From the NCBI GenBank assembly GCA_002269645.1, contig NIVC01001758.1, forward strand, positions 236,660-300,659: a stretch of 64,000 bases of DNA, read 5' to 3'. Positions within the stretch are counted from its first letter, which is position 1, and every line of letters starts with the position of its first letter. Made by a program: the position numbers and the translations under genes. The notes beneath the pieces are model-generated. The model did no database searches, was not told where the DNA came from, and worked only from the letters and a program-made list of their open reading frames with translations. Of this stretch, positions 44,935-58,215 are shown piece by piece. The stretch is from Macrostomum lignano. Its lineage: Eukaryota.

Positions 44935-46879
44935 GCAGCAAGAGTGCAGAAAAGACTGCTTGTCTACCACCTAGCTGACATTGTAGGTGGTAGCCTAGAT
45001 GTCTTTAAAGAAGGGGCTGCAATGGGGATCGACGCTACGTGCTAAGTCTCCTTCAAAGTACACCTGGGCAACCTTCTTCAGCAGGCATTTGCAGTCCACT
45101 GCCAACCAGTGGCAGCACCTACCACAGTTTTGTCCACCCTTGGAGTGTGGCATTTGTCTGGCCACTATGTTTCTGCTAGGAGCACATCGTGGAATAGAAG
45201 GACTCTACCACAACCTCTATAAAATGATGTGGGAGGCAATTAGGAGGAAAATGTATATAGGGCATAGTGCCAAACCAAAAACCTATTTGGTATGTAAGTC
45301 TACCATGTAGCTTTGGGAGCATTTGAAGTAGAAACATTGACAATTTTTCAAGTTATTTGACCTACCGCTGCTATCCCAATGGAGCAAGAAGTTGAGGAGC
45401 CAACATCCATTTCAGCCGATGCCGCTGTAAAAGTGCAGGTCGCTATATGCTGAGGCATACACAGCAGCCTCATTGAGCTTTGTCACTACCTGGCTGCCAG
45501 ACTGCATCTTTACCTCAAGGTATAGACCAAGGTTGCAGCTCAACCATACATGCCCAATCTCAAAATTTCACCATCCGGTGCAACCTAGTTTTGTCTAGAT
45601 TTGCAACTTAGTTCCTCTCGATTGCAACTTAGTTCCCCCAATTGTGACTTAATTTTCACTTTGTATATGACCTTTTCTCTTTTCTTCTCTTTCTCTTTCT
45701 CTCTTCTCTTTTCCCTCTTTTTCTTCTCCCTCTTTTCTTTTTCATTTCTCTTCTCCTTTCTTCTCCCAAATTTTCATTTTTTCATTTTTGATTTTGCAAC
45801 TTACCTTGACTGGCAGCCATTTCACCCGCCTGGTTTGGACAGGTTGGATAAGTATTGGGCATGTATGAGCTCAACCTAGGTCTTTCAACAACTGTCATTG
45901 CAATGATGGCACCATTCACTGGTGGTGACAGCCAGTCATCCTGCCAATCCTGGATTGCATGACCTCATGAATGGCACACACATACTTCTCCAAGTACCTG
46001 CTGCAAATGGGTTTAAAAAATTGCATTAGAATTTAAAAATTTCACAAGATGAGTACTCACATTTTTTTCTAGTGACCCAAGTACTTGCAAGCTGCAGCCA
46101 CATGCACCCTTCTTGTCATGTCCAAGAGGTGTCCTGCAATCTTGTTGTGGAACTTGCTAAACTTGTTCTTATCATTGGACAAGTTCTGCAGTTTCTTAGC
46201 CATCAAGAGCCACCTGGTGGCCAGGGTGCCCTTGCCTCTTGGATTGCTATGAATGGGTGAAGAATTGCAAGTGCCTTTGTGAAATAGTGAGTGAAAATTA
46301 AACTTTTGGTTAGAATCATTGAACAAGCAAATAAAAATATCTCTCTATACATGTTAGAATATGAAATGATAAACTCATAATACACAGTGGATGTCTGCAA
46401 TGAATCACTTTCCCTTCAATGGCCAGGCCTGTTGAGCAAGCAAAAAGCATATCATGCAGTAAATGAGGTAATCTGCTCCACAAGGTGCCATAGCTAGGTG
46501 CTTATGCTCCAGTAACTTGGCCATATTTCTTGCTCTTAACACTGTCTTATGACTGCAATCAACTAGCAGCAGTGCAGACTGGTTGGCTAACGTCCAGACT
46601 ATTTCTATTAGATTGGCTAACTGCTGATTGATGGCTCATAGTTTGTCCTTCACAAAGCCTTCATTCAGTGCTAAGGCTGGAGGTTCATTGGATACATCAG
46701 TTTGTTGCTTGAGGTCCATCATGGCTAGCGTGATGAGAGTCAAGGATGCAGCCTTGCTGATGCCACTAGAGCTGCAAGATGTGAGCTTGACTAAAGCCAA
46801 GGCTAGGAACTAGTTGCCCCACAACCTCCGCTGCACTTGTTGACAGGCTAGAGGCCTGGGCTGGGTCAGGGCCAGGCTG

Positions 46880-47105
46880 CATCGGTTGGCTGGCTAGGAG
46901 CTGCCTTGGCTGACTGGCTAGGAGCTGCCTTGGCTGACTGGCTAGGAGCTGCCTTGGCTGACTGGCTAGGAGCTGCCTTGGCTGACTGTCTAGGAGCTGC
47001 CTTGGCTGACTGGCTAGGAGCTGCCTTGGCTGATTGGCTAGGAGCTGCCTTGGCTGACTGGCTAGGAGCTGTCTTGGCTGACTGGCTAGGAGCTGCCTTG
47101 GTTGA
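46880..47105. repeat. 24-bp tandem repeat, about 9 copies, inside a decayed minus-strand ORF
   Basis: GGCTAGGAGCTGCCTTGGCTGACT unit, which reads QPRQLLAS on the minus strand. Confidence 0.9.
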
Positions 47106-49094
47106 CTAGTCAATGGTCTCAACTGATTGTCCAAAATGGTAAGTTCCTTGCATAAAATCAAAGCTTTCACACCTGCAGAAGCCCTGGAGGTAAGGGTGAT
47201 CTTCTTATGCAAACTTGGGAGGCCTTGCTCCTTGGCCTTCATGCCAGGTGTTGCAATGACCCTTGAGTCATATGGCAGTTGCGCTTAGGCTGCCCACCTA
47301 GGCAGTTAAGGCAATAGTGAGGATCTGCTGGTGGTGGGTTCCTAACAGTGGTAGATTGGCCATCTTGGCATTGGCCCATTCCTTTCTAGATCCAAGTCCA
47401 ACCTTGGCTGGCCTGCATAGGCTGACTCAGACTGGCCTTAGCCATTAGGACAGATAATGCTATGAAGTGAATGGTTGAAATTAAGGGATAAATTGAAATT
47501 GAAAAAAAATAAGGAACTTGTATACTCAGTAATATGAATCTGATTGAATGTAAAAACAAATTCAATGAATATAAATAAATATACATATATAACAACAAAT
47601 AGTATATGTATATCATTAATATCAATCAATGTTACATTTACATATTTAAACCTATATTACATAATATTATATAATTTGATAATTATATAATTATATAATT
47701 TTAAAATTAATTTAGAAAATTAATTATATAATTTTCTTATGGCAAGCTATGCACATCAGCCTTAAAATCGCATCCTGATTTTACAAAATAAGCATCCTAA
47801 AATTCTACCCTGAAATGCAATTTTCCATTCCATTTTTATAGAAAATACCAGAAACTAAGCTTAATACAATGTAGTACAATATAGTAAAGTAGCAAATAGA
47901 AATAGGTGATTATTAAACTAGGAATAAAAATGGAGAATAGAAATGGTCAATTTATACTTGTAGGAAAAAGATGAATGTAAATTGAGAGATGATTTTAACA
48001 AGGGATTTAAAATGCAAAAAGAAACCATAATAAACAAGGTAAGCCAAGCAAGCCTAGGATACTTCAGCTTGCATTAATAATTCACACAAGACATGCTTTC
48101 AAATGAAACAAAAAAGAAATTTACTTTAACAAAATACTATTGTTTGTATTTATTATATAATGCCTTATAAATGCCTTGAAATTGTACTGCATCAGGCAAA
48201 AAAGTGTTTCCTTATTGCAGATGTACAAAAAGATGACTATGTACATTATACTATTATTGTGAGACATTCAGTTTAAAATAAAAAAAATATTGTCATTTAT
48301 GCCAAAACTGTTGCACGTGGCATGTGCCAAAAAAGTTTCAACCTCTTGGCTGCACACTGTTCACATAGCGCATGGCTGCCTGGGACCTTGTTGCATGCGA
48401 GAATTTTCCCCACAAAACAGCATTTTCAGGAGTATGGGTTGCTATTGCTTTTTCTTGCAACTATCAAAAAGCTTAGCAAACTTTTTAGATAGTATTTGGA
48501 TGTTTTTGCCTATTTTATCTCAATAATAGCTTTCAGTGTGCTTAAACTCTATTAGGTAATAGTGTTTGCATGGGATTTTAAATGTCTAAATGCTATAATT
48601 GAGTAGGTTTGCATTTAGGCTATTAGGTAGCCATATCTCCTTTAGCCAAAAAAGGAATTCTAGTATCTTAGAAGGACTAGATAGTCTTTTGAGTTGTGTG
48701 CAAGAGCAATGTCCTGCCAAAAGAGAACATTTCTATTTAGTAATAGACCATTATTGCCATGGTAAAATGTTCTCTTTCAGTGCCTTGATATACAGTATTA
48801 GCTATGACAATAATGATTTGAGCCTTTTATTTGTCATTGGCATTATATATTATATTTTGTTATAAGCATTATACTCTGGAGACAAAGGCATACAAAAGTA
48901 CTATAGACAAGGATTTTTCCTCAGTTTAGACACTAGCAAATAGTAAGTAGAATAAAGTTTTTGATGTCTCTGTTGTCAGGGTGATAGAAATTAAAGTTTA
49001 TATACAGGGGATTATAATTTTATACTAATTTTTTTATTTAACATCATACTTTGACTCTGCAGAGACTCTAATTTTTAAAAAAAGAAGCCAAACA

Positions 49095-52000
49095 ATGATT
49101 GAAGAGCACTCATTTGGCCCAGTTCCAATCACTTGTCACAGCTTTAATAAAGACTGCAGCCAATTGGCCCTGTCGCTCAATTCCAACACTGTGGACATCT
49201 ATAAAAAATCTGGCCAAAAATGGGAGAAGCTCCAGTCACTGGAGGAGCACAGCGAACGGGTCACCAGCATCGACTGGGCCGCCAATACTGACCGCATTGT
49301 CACGGCCAGTGCCGATAGGAATGCCCACGTCTGGACTCGCGATTCCACTGGCCAATTTCGGCCAACCCTGGTGCTGCTACGAATTGATCGGGCCGCTACA
49401 GTGGTTAAATGGTCGCCATTAGAGAATAAATTTGCTGTTGGCAGCGGCGCTAAACTGGTGTCCGTGTGCCACTTTGAACCTGTGAGTAGCTCTTTATTAC
49501 TGATTTCATTTTAGGATTACAGGAATTCCCTTTGATTTCTGTAGGATTCCAAGAATCCCCTTTTATCTCTGTAAGATTCCAGGAATTCCCTTTTATCTCT
49601 GTAGGATTCCAAGAATCCCCTTTTATCTCTGTAGGATTCTAGGAATTCCCTTTTATCTCTATAGAGGATTCCAGGAATCCCCTTTTATCTCTGTGGATTC
49701 CAGGAATCCCCTTTTATCTCTGTAGGATTCCAGGAATCCCCCTTTATCTCTGTAGGATTCCAGGAATCCCATTTTATCTCTGTAGGATTCCAGGAATCCC
49801 ATTTTATCTCTGTAGGATTCCAGGAATCCCATTTTATCTCTGTAGGATTCCAGGAATCCCCTTTTATCTCTGTAGGATTCCAGGAATCCCCTTTTATCTC
49901 TGTAGTATTCCAGGAATCCCCTTTTATCTCTGAAGGCTTCCAGGAATCTCCTTTTATCTCTGTAGCATTCTAGGAATTCCCTTTTATCTCTATAGAGGAT
50001 TCCAGGAATCCCCTTTTATCTCTGTGGGATTCCAGGAATACCTTTTTTATCTTTATATAGGATTCCAGGAATCCCCAAAGGTTATATCTCTTTGGGATTC
50101 CAGGAATCCCCTTTATCTCTGTAGGATTCCAGGAATCCCCTTTTATCTCTGTAGGATTCCAGGAATCCCCTTTTATCTCTGTAGCATTCTAGAAATCCCA
50201 TTTTATCTCTGTAGGATTCCAGGAATACCTTTTTTATCTTTATATAGGATTCCAGGAATCCCCAAAGGTTATATCTCTTTGGGATTCCAGGAATCCCCTT
50301 TTATCTCTGTAGGATTCCAGGAATCCCCTTTTATCTCTGTAGGATTCCAGGAATGCCTTTTTATCTTTATATAGAATTCCAGGAATCCCCTTTTATCTGT
50401 GTAGGATTCCAGGAATCGCCTTTTCTCTGTAGCATTCCAGGAATCCTCTTTTATTAGGATCCTCCTTTATATCTACGTTGGATTCCCTTTCATCCCTGTG
50501 TCTGTTTAAGTTTTTTACAATCCAACAGTTGAATAGTGATGCTTTATACTACTTACCTGATCTACTAATTTGATCTACTAATTAGCACTTAACATCTGAC
50601 CTTCAGGAGCACAACTGGTGGGTGTGCAAGCAGATCAAAAAGCCGTTCAAGTCTACTGTGACCTGCCTAGCCTGGCACCCGAACAATTGCCTATTGGCCG
50701 TAGGGGCCACCGATTTCAAAGCTAGAATTGTTAGCGCCTATCTAAAAGAGGCCGACGAGAAACCGGCCGCCACCTGCTGGGGCGGCAACATGAAATTTAG
50801 CAACGTTATGGCCGAGTACACCAACGGAGGCAGTGAGTTGCTGAGGGTTATTTTCTATTGTTTTTTTAAATGCGCCAATGGTCATCTTAAGCAGTTGAAT
50901 TAAGTGGGTAACCTTACGACATCTGTATAGATCATTGAAGGGGTATTATCACACTGGAGGTAACGCCACTATTCCTGGCGAGGGGTATTTTCCCTAAGGG
51001 ATCCTGAGGGGAGAGAGTATCAATCCTAAGGGGAGGGGTATCGATCCTGAGGAGAGGGGTATCGATCCTGAGGAGAGGGGTATCGATCCTGAGGGGAGGG
51101 GTATCGACCCTAAGAGGAAGGGTATCGACCCTGAGAGGAAGGGTATCGATCCTCAGGGGAAGGGTATCGATCCTGAGAGGAAGGTTATCGATCCTGAGGG
51201 GAAGGGTATCGATCCTGAGGGAAGGGTATTGACCCGAGGGAAGGAGGGTATTGACCCGAATGAAGGCGGGTATTTATCCGGTAGACTAGGTATCGAATCT
51301 CAGAACGAGCGGTTGACTTGTGTCTATCGAACTAGAATTATTTTGCATTTTTGACAGCTTTAATTGCTAGTGTGCCAACTCGTACTCAGGACAACAATTT
51401 AAGCCGTTTCTAAACTTGCCAAAATGACTTGGGAAATCTTAAATAATATTTTTTAATAAAACGTTGACATCCTTACCTGTTTAGACTCAGATACTTATCG
51501 CGGTAAGTTAAATAACACAATTTTTATTTCCTTGCCTATTAAAACGTGTTGTGTTTTTAAAAAGGTGTAAATTATTATTAGTTATTATTGCTGTGCGAAT
51601 CCCCTCTTGGACTATTGAGCCCGTGTACGGTTAGTGAATGTTGTCTTTTTATAAGCATCTAAACGGTGTCCGCTTGCTCGGTTCTTGCATTACCGTAGCA
51701 TCGGTCTATTTTAACCTGTTCCTTACCAGCCTTTTCTAGTACTTAGATTTTTAGATTTTTGAAAATCGACAATCACCTCTGCATGCGACTGATGTGTTGT
51801 TCATACAGTTGACGTATTGCCACCCCTATATGAAATTATGAAACTGCTGTTTTTATACCTGTCTTCTAATTAGTGTGTTGTTCCTTGCACTGAAGGACTG
51901 GAGGGTTTAGCCCAGGCAAAGAAAAATACTAAATAATAGAAAAATACTGATAGACCAGACAGGATAGATACTGATAGACCAGGCAGGATAGATATTGATA

Positions 52001-53807
52001 GACCAGCCAGGATAGACACTAATAGACCAGATAGAATCAAGATATTGATAGCACAGATACTCGTAGAAAAGACACGAATAGACTAGATAGAATAGATATT
52101 GATAGACCAGCTAGAATGGCCACTGAGTAACACTAAAGTATTCTGCTTTCATTGTGCTGAATTCTTGAAGCTCTATCATTTTCGCAGGAAACTAGAAATC
52201 CATTTGAGCGAATCCTGGGAGACTAAAAAAGGCATTTATGACGGTGTTGCCTGCTATTTTGTTAAGTTTTCTAGACAGATTTCCTTAATAGAAAAAACCG
52301 TTTTCCGCCCACTCAAGGCGGTTGGATCCGTGACGTTGCTTTCAATGGGGACGGCAGCTTGATGGCCTGGGTGTCGCACGATTCTTCCGTGTCCGTTGCC
52401 AATGGCTCGACTCAAACCTTGGCCGTGCTCCGTTTCGCTATGCTGCCAATGCTGACCTGCTGCTGGCTTAGCGACACGGCCCTGGTGGCCGCCGGACACG
52501 ACTGCTACCCGGTGGTGTTCCGCTACGAGGCCGGCTCAGCCAGTCTGTCCATCGCCGGCCAGCTCAACATGTCGGCCGATCAGTCTGGCGGCTCGACCAA
52601 AATGACGGCTAAGACTATGTTCGGCAATATGGACCGGATGGCCACGGAGGATAGTGTTGAGAAATTGACCACCGTTCATCAGAACTCTATCAAGTAAGGG
52701 CTTGGCTAAGGAATTGAAGTCATATACTCTTCTCTCAGCTTTTATTCTCCATTCTCCCTCTGCCTTTACACTCTTGCACTCTCCTTTATCTTGAAATTTC
52801 CTTTCCCAATCTCCATCTGTTTTGTCATCTGTTTCTCCTCTCTTCGCGTTCTTGCTATTACTGACCAACTGACTCATTGACAATGACTAATTCACTGACT
52901 CACTGACTGACTTTATGACTCACTCTCTTCATTGACTGACTGACTCACTAACTGACATAGACTGATTAACACACACTCACTCACTGACACCATTCACTCA
53001 CTCACTCTCACTCACTCAGTCACTCACTGACTCACTCATTCACTCACTCACTCTCACTCACTCAGTCACTCACTGACTCACTCATTCACTCACTCAATCA
53101 CTCACTCACTCACTCACTCACTCACTCACTCACTCACTCACTCACTCACTCACTCACTCACTCACTTACTCACTCACTCACTCACTCACTCACTCGCTCA
53201 CTCACTCACTCACTCGCTCGCTCACTCACTCACTCGCTCACTCACTCACTCACTCACACACACACACACTCACTCACTCACTCACTCACTCAATCACTCA
53301 CTCACTCGCTCACTCGCTCACTCGCTCACTCACTCACTCACTCGCTCGCTCACTCACTCACTCGCTCGCTCACTCACTCACTCGCTCACTCACTCACTCA
53401 CTCACACACACACACACACTCACTCACTCACTCACTCACTCAATCACTCACTCGCTCACTCGCTCACTCGCTCACTCACTCACTCACTCACTCGCTCGCT
53501 CGCTCACTCACTCACTCACTCACACACACACACACACACTCACTCACTCACTCACTCACTCAATCACTCACTCACTCGCTCACTCGCTCACTCGCTCACT
53601 CACTCACTCACTCGCTCGCTCACTCATTCGCTCACTCACTCACTCACTTACCCACTCATTCACCAACCGTCACCCCGCAGCCAACTGGCCGTGATTGTAA
53701 GCGACGCCAGCCGTGTTCGCCGATTCAGCACCGTGGGAGTTGACGGCCGCCTGGTCGTGTGGGACACTGACACCATCGAGCAGAAGGTGGCCAACCTGCG
53801 CATCTGA
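49095..53807 (+). CDS. ARPC1: Arp2/3 complex subunit 1 (p41-Arc, WD40), 371 aa. Exons 49095-49481, 50607-50832, 52318-52693, 53681-53807
   Basis: [88 protein letters not shown] and [10 protein letters not shown]. Phases 0/1/2 are consistent and the total is 1116 nt. The A/B paralog cannot be assigned. Confidence 0.93.
49512..50460. repeat. 30-bp minisatellite with an internal palindrome, in ARPC1 intron 1
   Basis: Unit GGATTCCAGGAATCCCCTTTTATCTCTGTA. GGATTCC and GGAATCC are reverse complements. Confidence 0.95.
50990..51275. repeat. About 21-bp minisatellite ATCGATCCTGAGGGGAGGGGT, in ARPC1 intron 2
   Basis: Tandem copies with gradual divergence. Confidence 0.9.
52880..53660. repeat. (CACT)n/(CGCT)/(CA) compound microsatellite, in ARPC1 intron 3
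   Basis: Direct reading. It ends about 20 nt before the acceptor at 53680. Confidence 0.97.
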
Positions 53808-54663
53808 TTATTGAATCTGACTGGTTTTGTCTGCTAGCGATTCACTCATTCATTAACGGACAGGATTTCTTTAAATGAAGTCTTTTCCCTTTCGTATTCC
53901 AGACTGCAAGAAAGGCATTAGGAACAGAATATCCCGGATTAAAACTCCCATATCCCAGAGGCTTGGCTTCTCCTGTGTGTTTTATTTATATTGCTACTGT
54001 GCTACTTCCAGTAGGCTTTATATTTTCAGTATAATATTCAATAAGAAAAATATTAGTAATAATTAATCAAGAAATTATTTGTACGCAACAGTTGCCAAAT
54101 TCAATTAACAATATCTGTGCATACCATAATAATAACAATAAAAATGTAATCGGAGTAACCTTATTAAGGAATTAACAATAAAAGTTTTTTGTTTAGTACG
54201 AACTTTACCCAAATCGTTTCGATGCTGTTATTTAAAAACTATCTTAATTTAATCTTAATTAGCGAAGACAGTTAATGAGAATTGTGTACTCTCGATGAAG
54301 CGGTGTCTCATTATGTTATTAATTTTTATCGAGCTGATACAATCTGCAGATCGAACATGTTGCGATGTTGAGAAATATGAAACATTTCTGATTGTCTCTA
54401 TGCTTATAGAGCTTTTTATAATTATGTCTTTGTTATGCTGCGAATCTTTGTTGGCTCGTCGTTTTTTTTAAACGCTTACTGATTGATTGATTGATTGTGT
54501 ACTACTCAATCCACATTACAATATTCATGCACATTTATTTGAAATAAAACTGCTAAACTTCTATAATAGGCCCTTGCATGGCTCGTTTTTAAATAATACG
54601 TTTCTAGTTTCTTGCATGCAGAGTTCACATGCTTATCTCATAATCTTAGAGTGACTTGGAGTG

Positions 54664-55735
54664 ATAGAACTGATGGGGTTCAATCTTAGAACTGATGGGG
54701 TTCAATCTTAGAACTGATGGGGGTCAATCTTAGAACTGAGGGGGTCAATCTTAGAACTGATGGGGGTCAATCTTAGAACTGAGGGGTCAATCTTAGAACT
54801 GAATGGTCAATCTTAGAACTGAGGGGTCAATCTTAGAACTGAGGGGGTCAATCTAAGAACTGAGGGGGTCAATCTTAGAACTGGGGTGGTCAATCTTAGA
54901 ACTGAATGGTCAATCTTAGAACTGAAGGGGTCAATCTTAGAACTGAAGGGTCAATATTAGAACTGAAGGGTCAATCTTAGAACTGAGGGGGTCAATCTTA
55001 GAACTGATGGGGGTCAATCTTAGAACTGATGGGGTTCAATCTTAGAACTGATGGGGGTCAATCTTAGAACTGAGGGGGTCAATCTTAGAACTGAAGGGTC
55101 AATCTTAGAACTGAGGGGGTCAATCTTAGAACTGAGGGGGTCAATCTTAGAACTGAAGGGTCAATCTTAGAACTGAGGGGGTCAATCTTAGAACTGAGGG
55201 GGTCAATCTTAGAACTGAGGGGGTCAATCTTAGAACTGAAGGGTCAATCTTAGAACTGAGGGGTCAATCTTAGAACTGAAGGGTCAATCTTAGAACTGAG
55301 GGGTCAATCTTAGAACTGAGGGGGTCAATCTAAGAACTGAGGGGGTCAATCTTAGAACTGAAGGGTCAATCTTAGAACTGAAGGGTCACTCTTAGAACTG
55401 AAGGGGTCAATCTTAGAACTGAAGGGTCAATATTAGAACTGAGGGGTCAATCTTAGAACTGAAGGGTCAATCTTAGAACTGAGGGGTCAATCTTAGAACT
55501 GAGGGGGTCAATCTAAGAACTGAGGGGGTCAATCTTAGAACTGGGGGGGTCAATCTAAGAACTGAGGGGGTCAATCTTAGAACTGAGGGGGTCAATCTTA
55601 GAACTGAAGGAGTCAATCTTAGAACTGAAGGGGTCAATTTTAGAACTGAGGGGGTCAATCTTAGAACTGAAGGATCAATCTTAGAACTGAGGGGTCAATC
55701 TTAGAACTGAGGGGTCAATCTTAGAACTGAGGGGT
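54664..55735. repeat. 20-22 bp minisatellite GGTCAATCTTAGAACTGA(G/A)G(G), upstream of DNAJC4-like
   Basis: About 50 tandem copies ending about 45 nt before the ATG at 55781. Confidence 0.97.
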
Positions 55736-55780
55736 GGGGGTCAGGGGTCCATGTAAGCCTTCAAAACAGCAAGTTGACAA

Positions 55781-56349
55781 ATGTTACAGCACAAATTGAC
55801 AGCTTTTGTTTTTGTTGGGCGCCGCGCCGCCTCGGCGCCACCTAGTCGTTGCATCTGGCGCTGGCAGCATGGGGCGTCGTCAAAGAATCATTACCAGACA
55901 CTGGGCCTGAGTCATAACGCTACTGATAAAGAAATTCGCGAAGCGTTTATTCAACAATCAAAACTGTGGCATCCGGATTCGAATTCGGCCAGTACGGACT
56001 CGCACGAGCAGTTTGTTAAAATTAACGAAGCCTATAGCGTATTGAGCAAACCGGACAGTCGAAGGACCTACGATCGTCAGCTTGGGCTTGGAGGCTTCGG
56101 CGGACCGTCTAGCGATCCGGCCTTCAGCTCGCACAGGCATTATGATTATCATCAGGGCAGGCAGCAGTCCGAACGGGACAGGTTCTACCGCTTCTACTGG
56201 GAGGAGGCGGCCGCTCAGGCTAGGCGGTCTGGCGAGGGCCCGTTCCCGACTCAGGAGGAGTACGAGAGAATGGCCAATAGGGTGCACAGGAGCTATCAGA
56301 GACAGCACCGGCAGCAAGTGAGCGCCTGTGATGACTTGCTCTCTCTGTC

Positions 56350-56398
<49 letters not shown>

Positions 56399-56441
56399 GT
56401 CTTAGTTTCTGTCTTTCTGTCTGTCTGTCTGTCTGTCTTAG

Positions 56442-56504
<63 letters not shown>

Positions 56505-56521
56505 GTCTTAGTTTCTGTCTT

Positions 56522-56556
<35 letters not shown>

Positions 56557-56559
56557 TAG

Positions 56560-56644
<85 letters not shown>

Positions 56645-56653
56645 TAGTGTCTC

Positions 56654-56688
<35 letters not shown>

Positions 56689-57254
56689 TAGTGTCTGTCT
56701 GTCTGTCTGTGTCTGCCTGTCTGTCTGCTACATCAATTATCAGTTTTCTAAAGCCCAGAGCCGAGCCTTTAGTGTCTCCCTAAATATAGTGTACACTGTA
56801 CATAACACCTTTCTGTTTTTTTTCATATCACATTAACTCTTAGTTCGACCGATCATCAAATATAAAAAATGTTTTTATCTAAACATATTTTTAGGCAACA
56901 GATCAAGCTTTCTTAATTATGTCTGCTTTACTCTTTGAAGTAGGGCACGTAAATTCCATGTGTTGCATTAATTTTACAAATCCTTGAATCCCTATCCAGA
57001 CGGCGAAGGGCGGCGGCGACGGCGACGGCGAGAGCTACTCCGATTGGCGTCGTCGGATGTCTGCTGAAGACGAAATTTTCGCCCAACAGTTGCGTGAAAT
57101 TCGATTCAGACAATACATGCGGTACCGTCAGGCTCGCTACGCCAGGTCGAATCCGATGACAACTCAGCAGGAGGCTGAACTGCGGGTTAGAACAGTTCGA
57201 TTCACTGTTCTATTTCTGGGACTGCTGATGTTGCTTTCTTCTGCGAACATATGA
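55781..57254 (+). CDS. DNAJC4: DNAJC4-like J-domain protein, 263 aa, with a probable mitochondrial presequence and C-terminal TM helix. Exons 55781-56317, 57000-57254
   Basis: Arg/Ser-rich, acid-free N-terminus. J domain NHYQTLGL...AFIQQSKLWHPD...HEQFVKINEAYSVLSKPDSRRTYDRQL, similar to my recollection of DNAJC4. Phase-0 GT-AG intron and a hydrophobic FTVLFLGLLMLL tail. Orthology is less certain than the family call. Confidence 0.72.
56340..56727. repeat. (TCTG)n microsatellite with CTTAGT interruptions, in the DNAJC4-like intron
   Basis: Direct reading. Confidence 0.97.
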
Positions 57255-57277
57255 TTTTATTGATTATTGATGTTTGT

Positions 57278-58215
57278 TGGGATCCGGGATGCTGGATTCG
57301 GATCCGGGATGCTGGATTCGGATCCGGGATGCTGGATTGGGATCTGAGATGTTGGATTGGGATCTGGGATGTTGTGTTGGGATATAAGATTCTGCATTGG
57401 GATATGGGATTCTGGATTGGGATCTGAGATGCTGGATTGGGATCTGGGATGCTATATTGGGATCTGAGATGTTGAATTGGGATCTGGGATGTTGTGTTGG
57501 GATATAGGATTCTGCATTGGGATATGGGATTCTGGATTGGGATCTGAGATGCTTGATTGGGATCTGGGATGCTGGATTGGGATCTGAGATGTTGAATTGG
57601 GATCTGGGATGTTGTGTTGGGATATAGGATTCTGCATTGGGATATGGGATTCTGGATTGGGATCTGAGATGCTTGATTGGGATCTGGGATGCTGAATTGG
57701 GATCTGAGATGTTGGATTGGGATCTGGGATGTTTTTTTGGGATATAGGATTCTGCATTAGGATATGGGATTCAGGATTGGGGTATGGGATTCTGGATTGG
57801 GATATGGGATTCTGGATTGGGATATGGGATTCTGGATTAGGATATGGGATTCTGGATTGGGATCATGGATTCTGGATTGGGATCACGGATTCTGGATTGG
57901 GATCACGGATTCTGGATTGGAATCTGGCATTCTGGATTGGAATCACGGATTCTGGATTGGGATCATGGATTCTGGATTAGGATCACGGATTCTGGGTTGG
58001 GATCAAGGATTCTGGATTGGTATCACGGATTCTGGATTGGGATCACGGATTCTGGATTGGAATCACGGATTCTGGATTGGGATCACGGATTCTGGATTGG
58101 AATCATGGATTCTGGATTGAGATCATGGATTCTGGATTAGGTGGATTAGGATCACGGATTCTGGGTTGGGATCACGGATTCTGGATTGGGATCATGGATT
58201 CTGGGTTGGAATCTG
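57278..58215. repeat. About 20-bp minisatellite GGAT(T/G)(C/T)TGGATTGGGATC.., just after the DNAJC4-like stop
   Basis: Tandem copies with sub-blocks of variant units. The first AATAAA downstream is at about 58384. Confidence 0.95.

Noticed and set aside
55781-56647. 288-aa ORF with an SVCL-repeat tail as the real DnaJ protein
   Set aside because: The tail is read-through of the (TCTG)n intron. A canonical donor at 56318 and an in-frame exon at 57000 give a better model.
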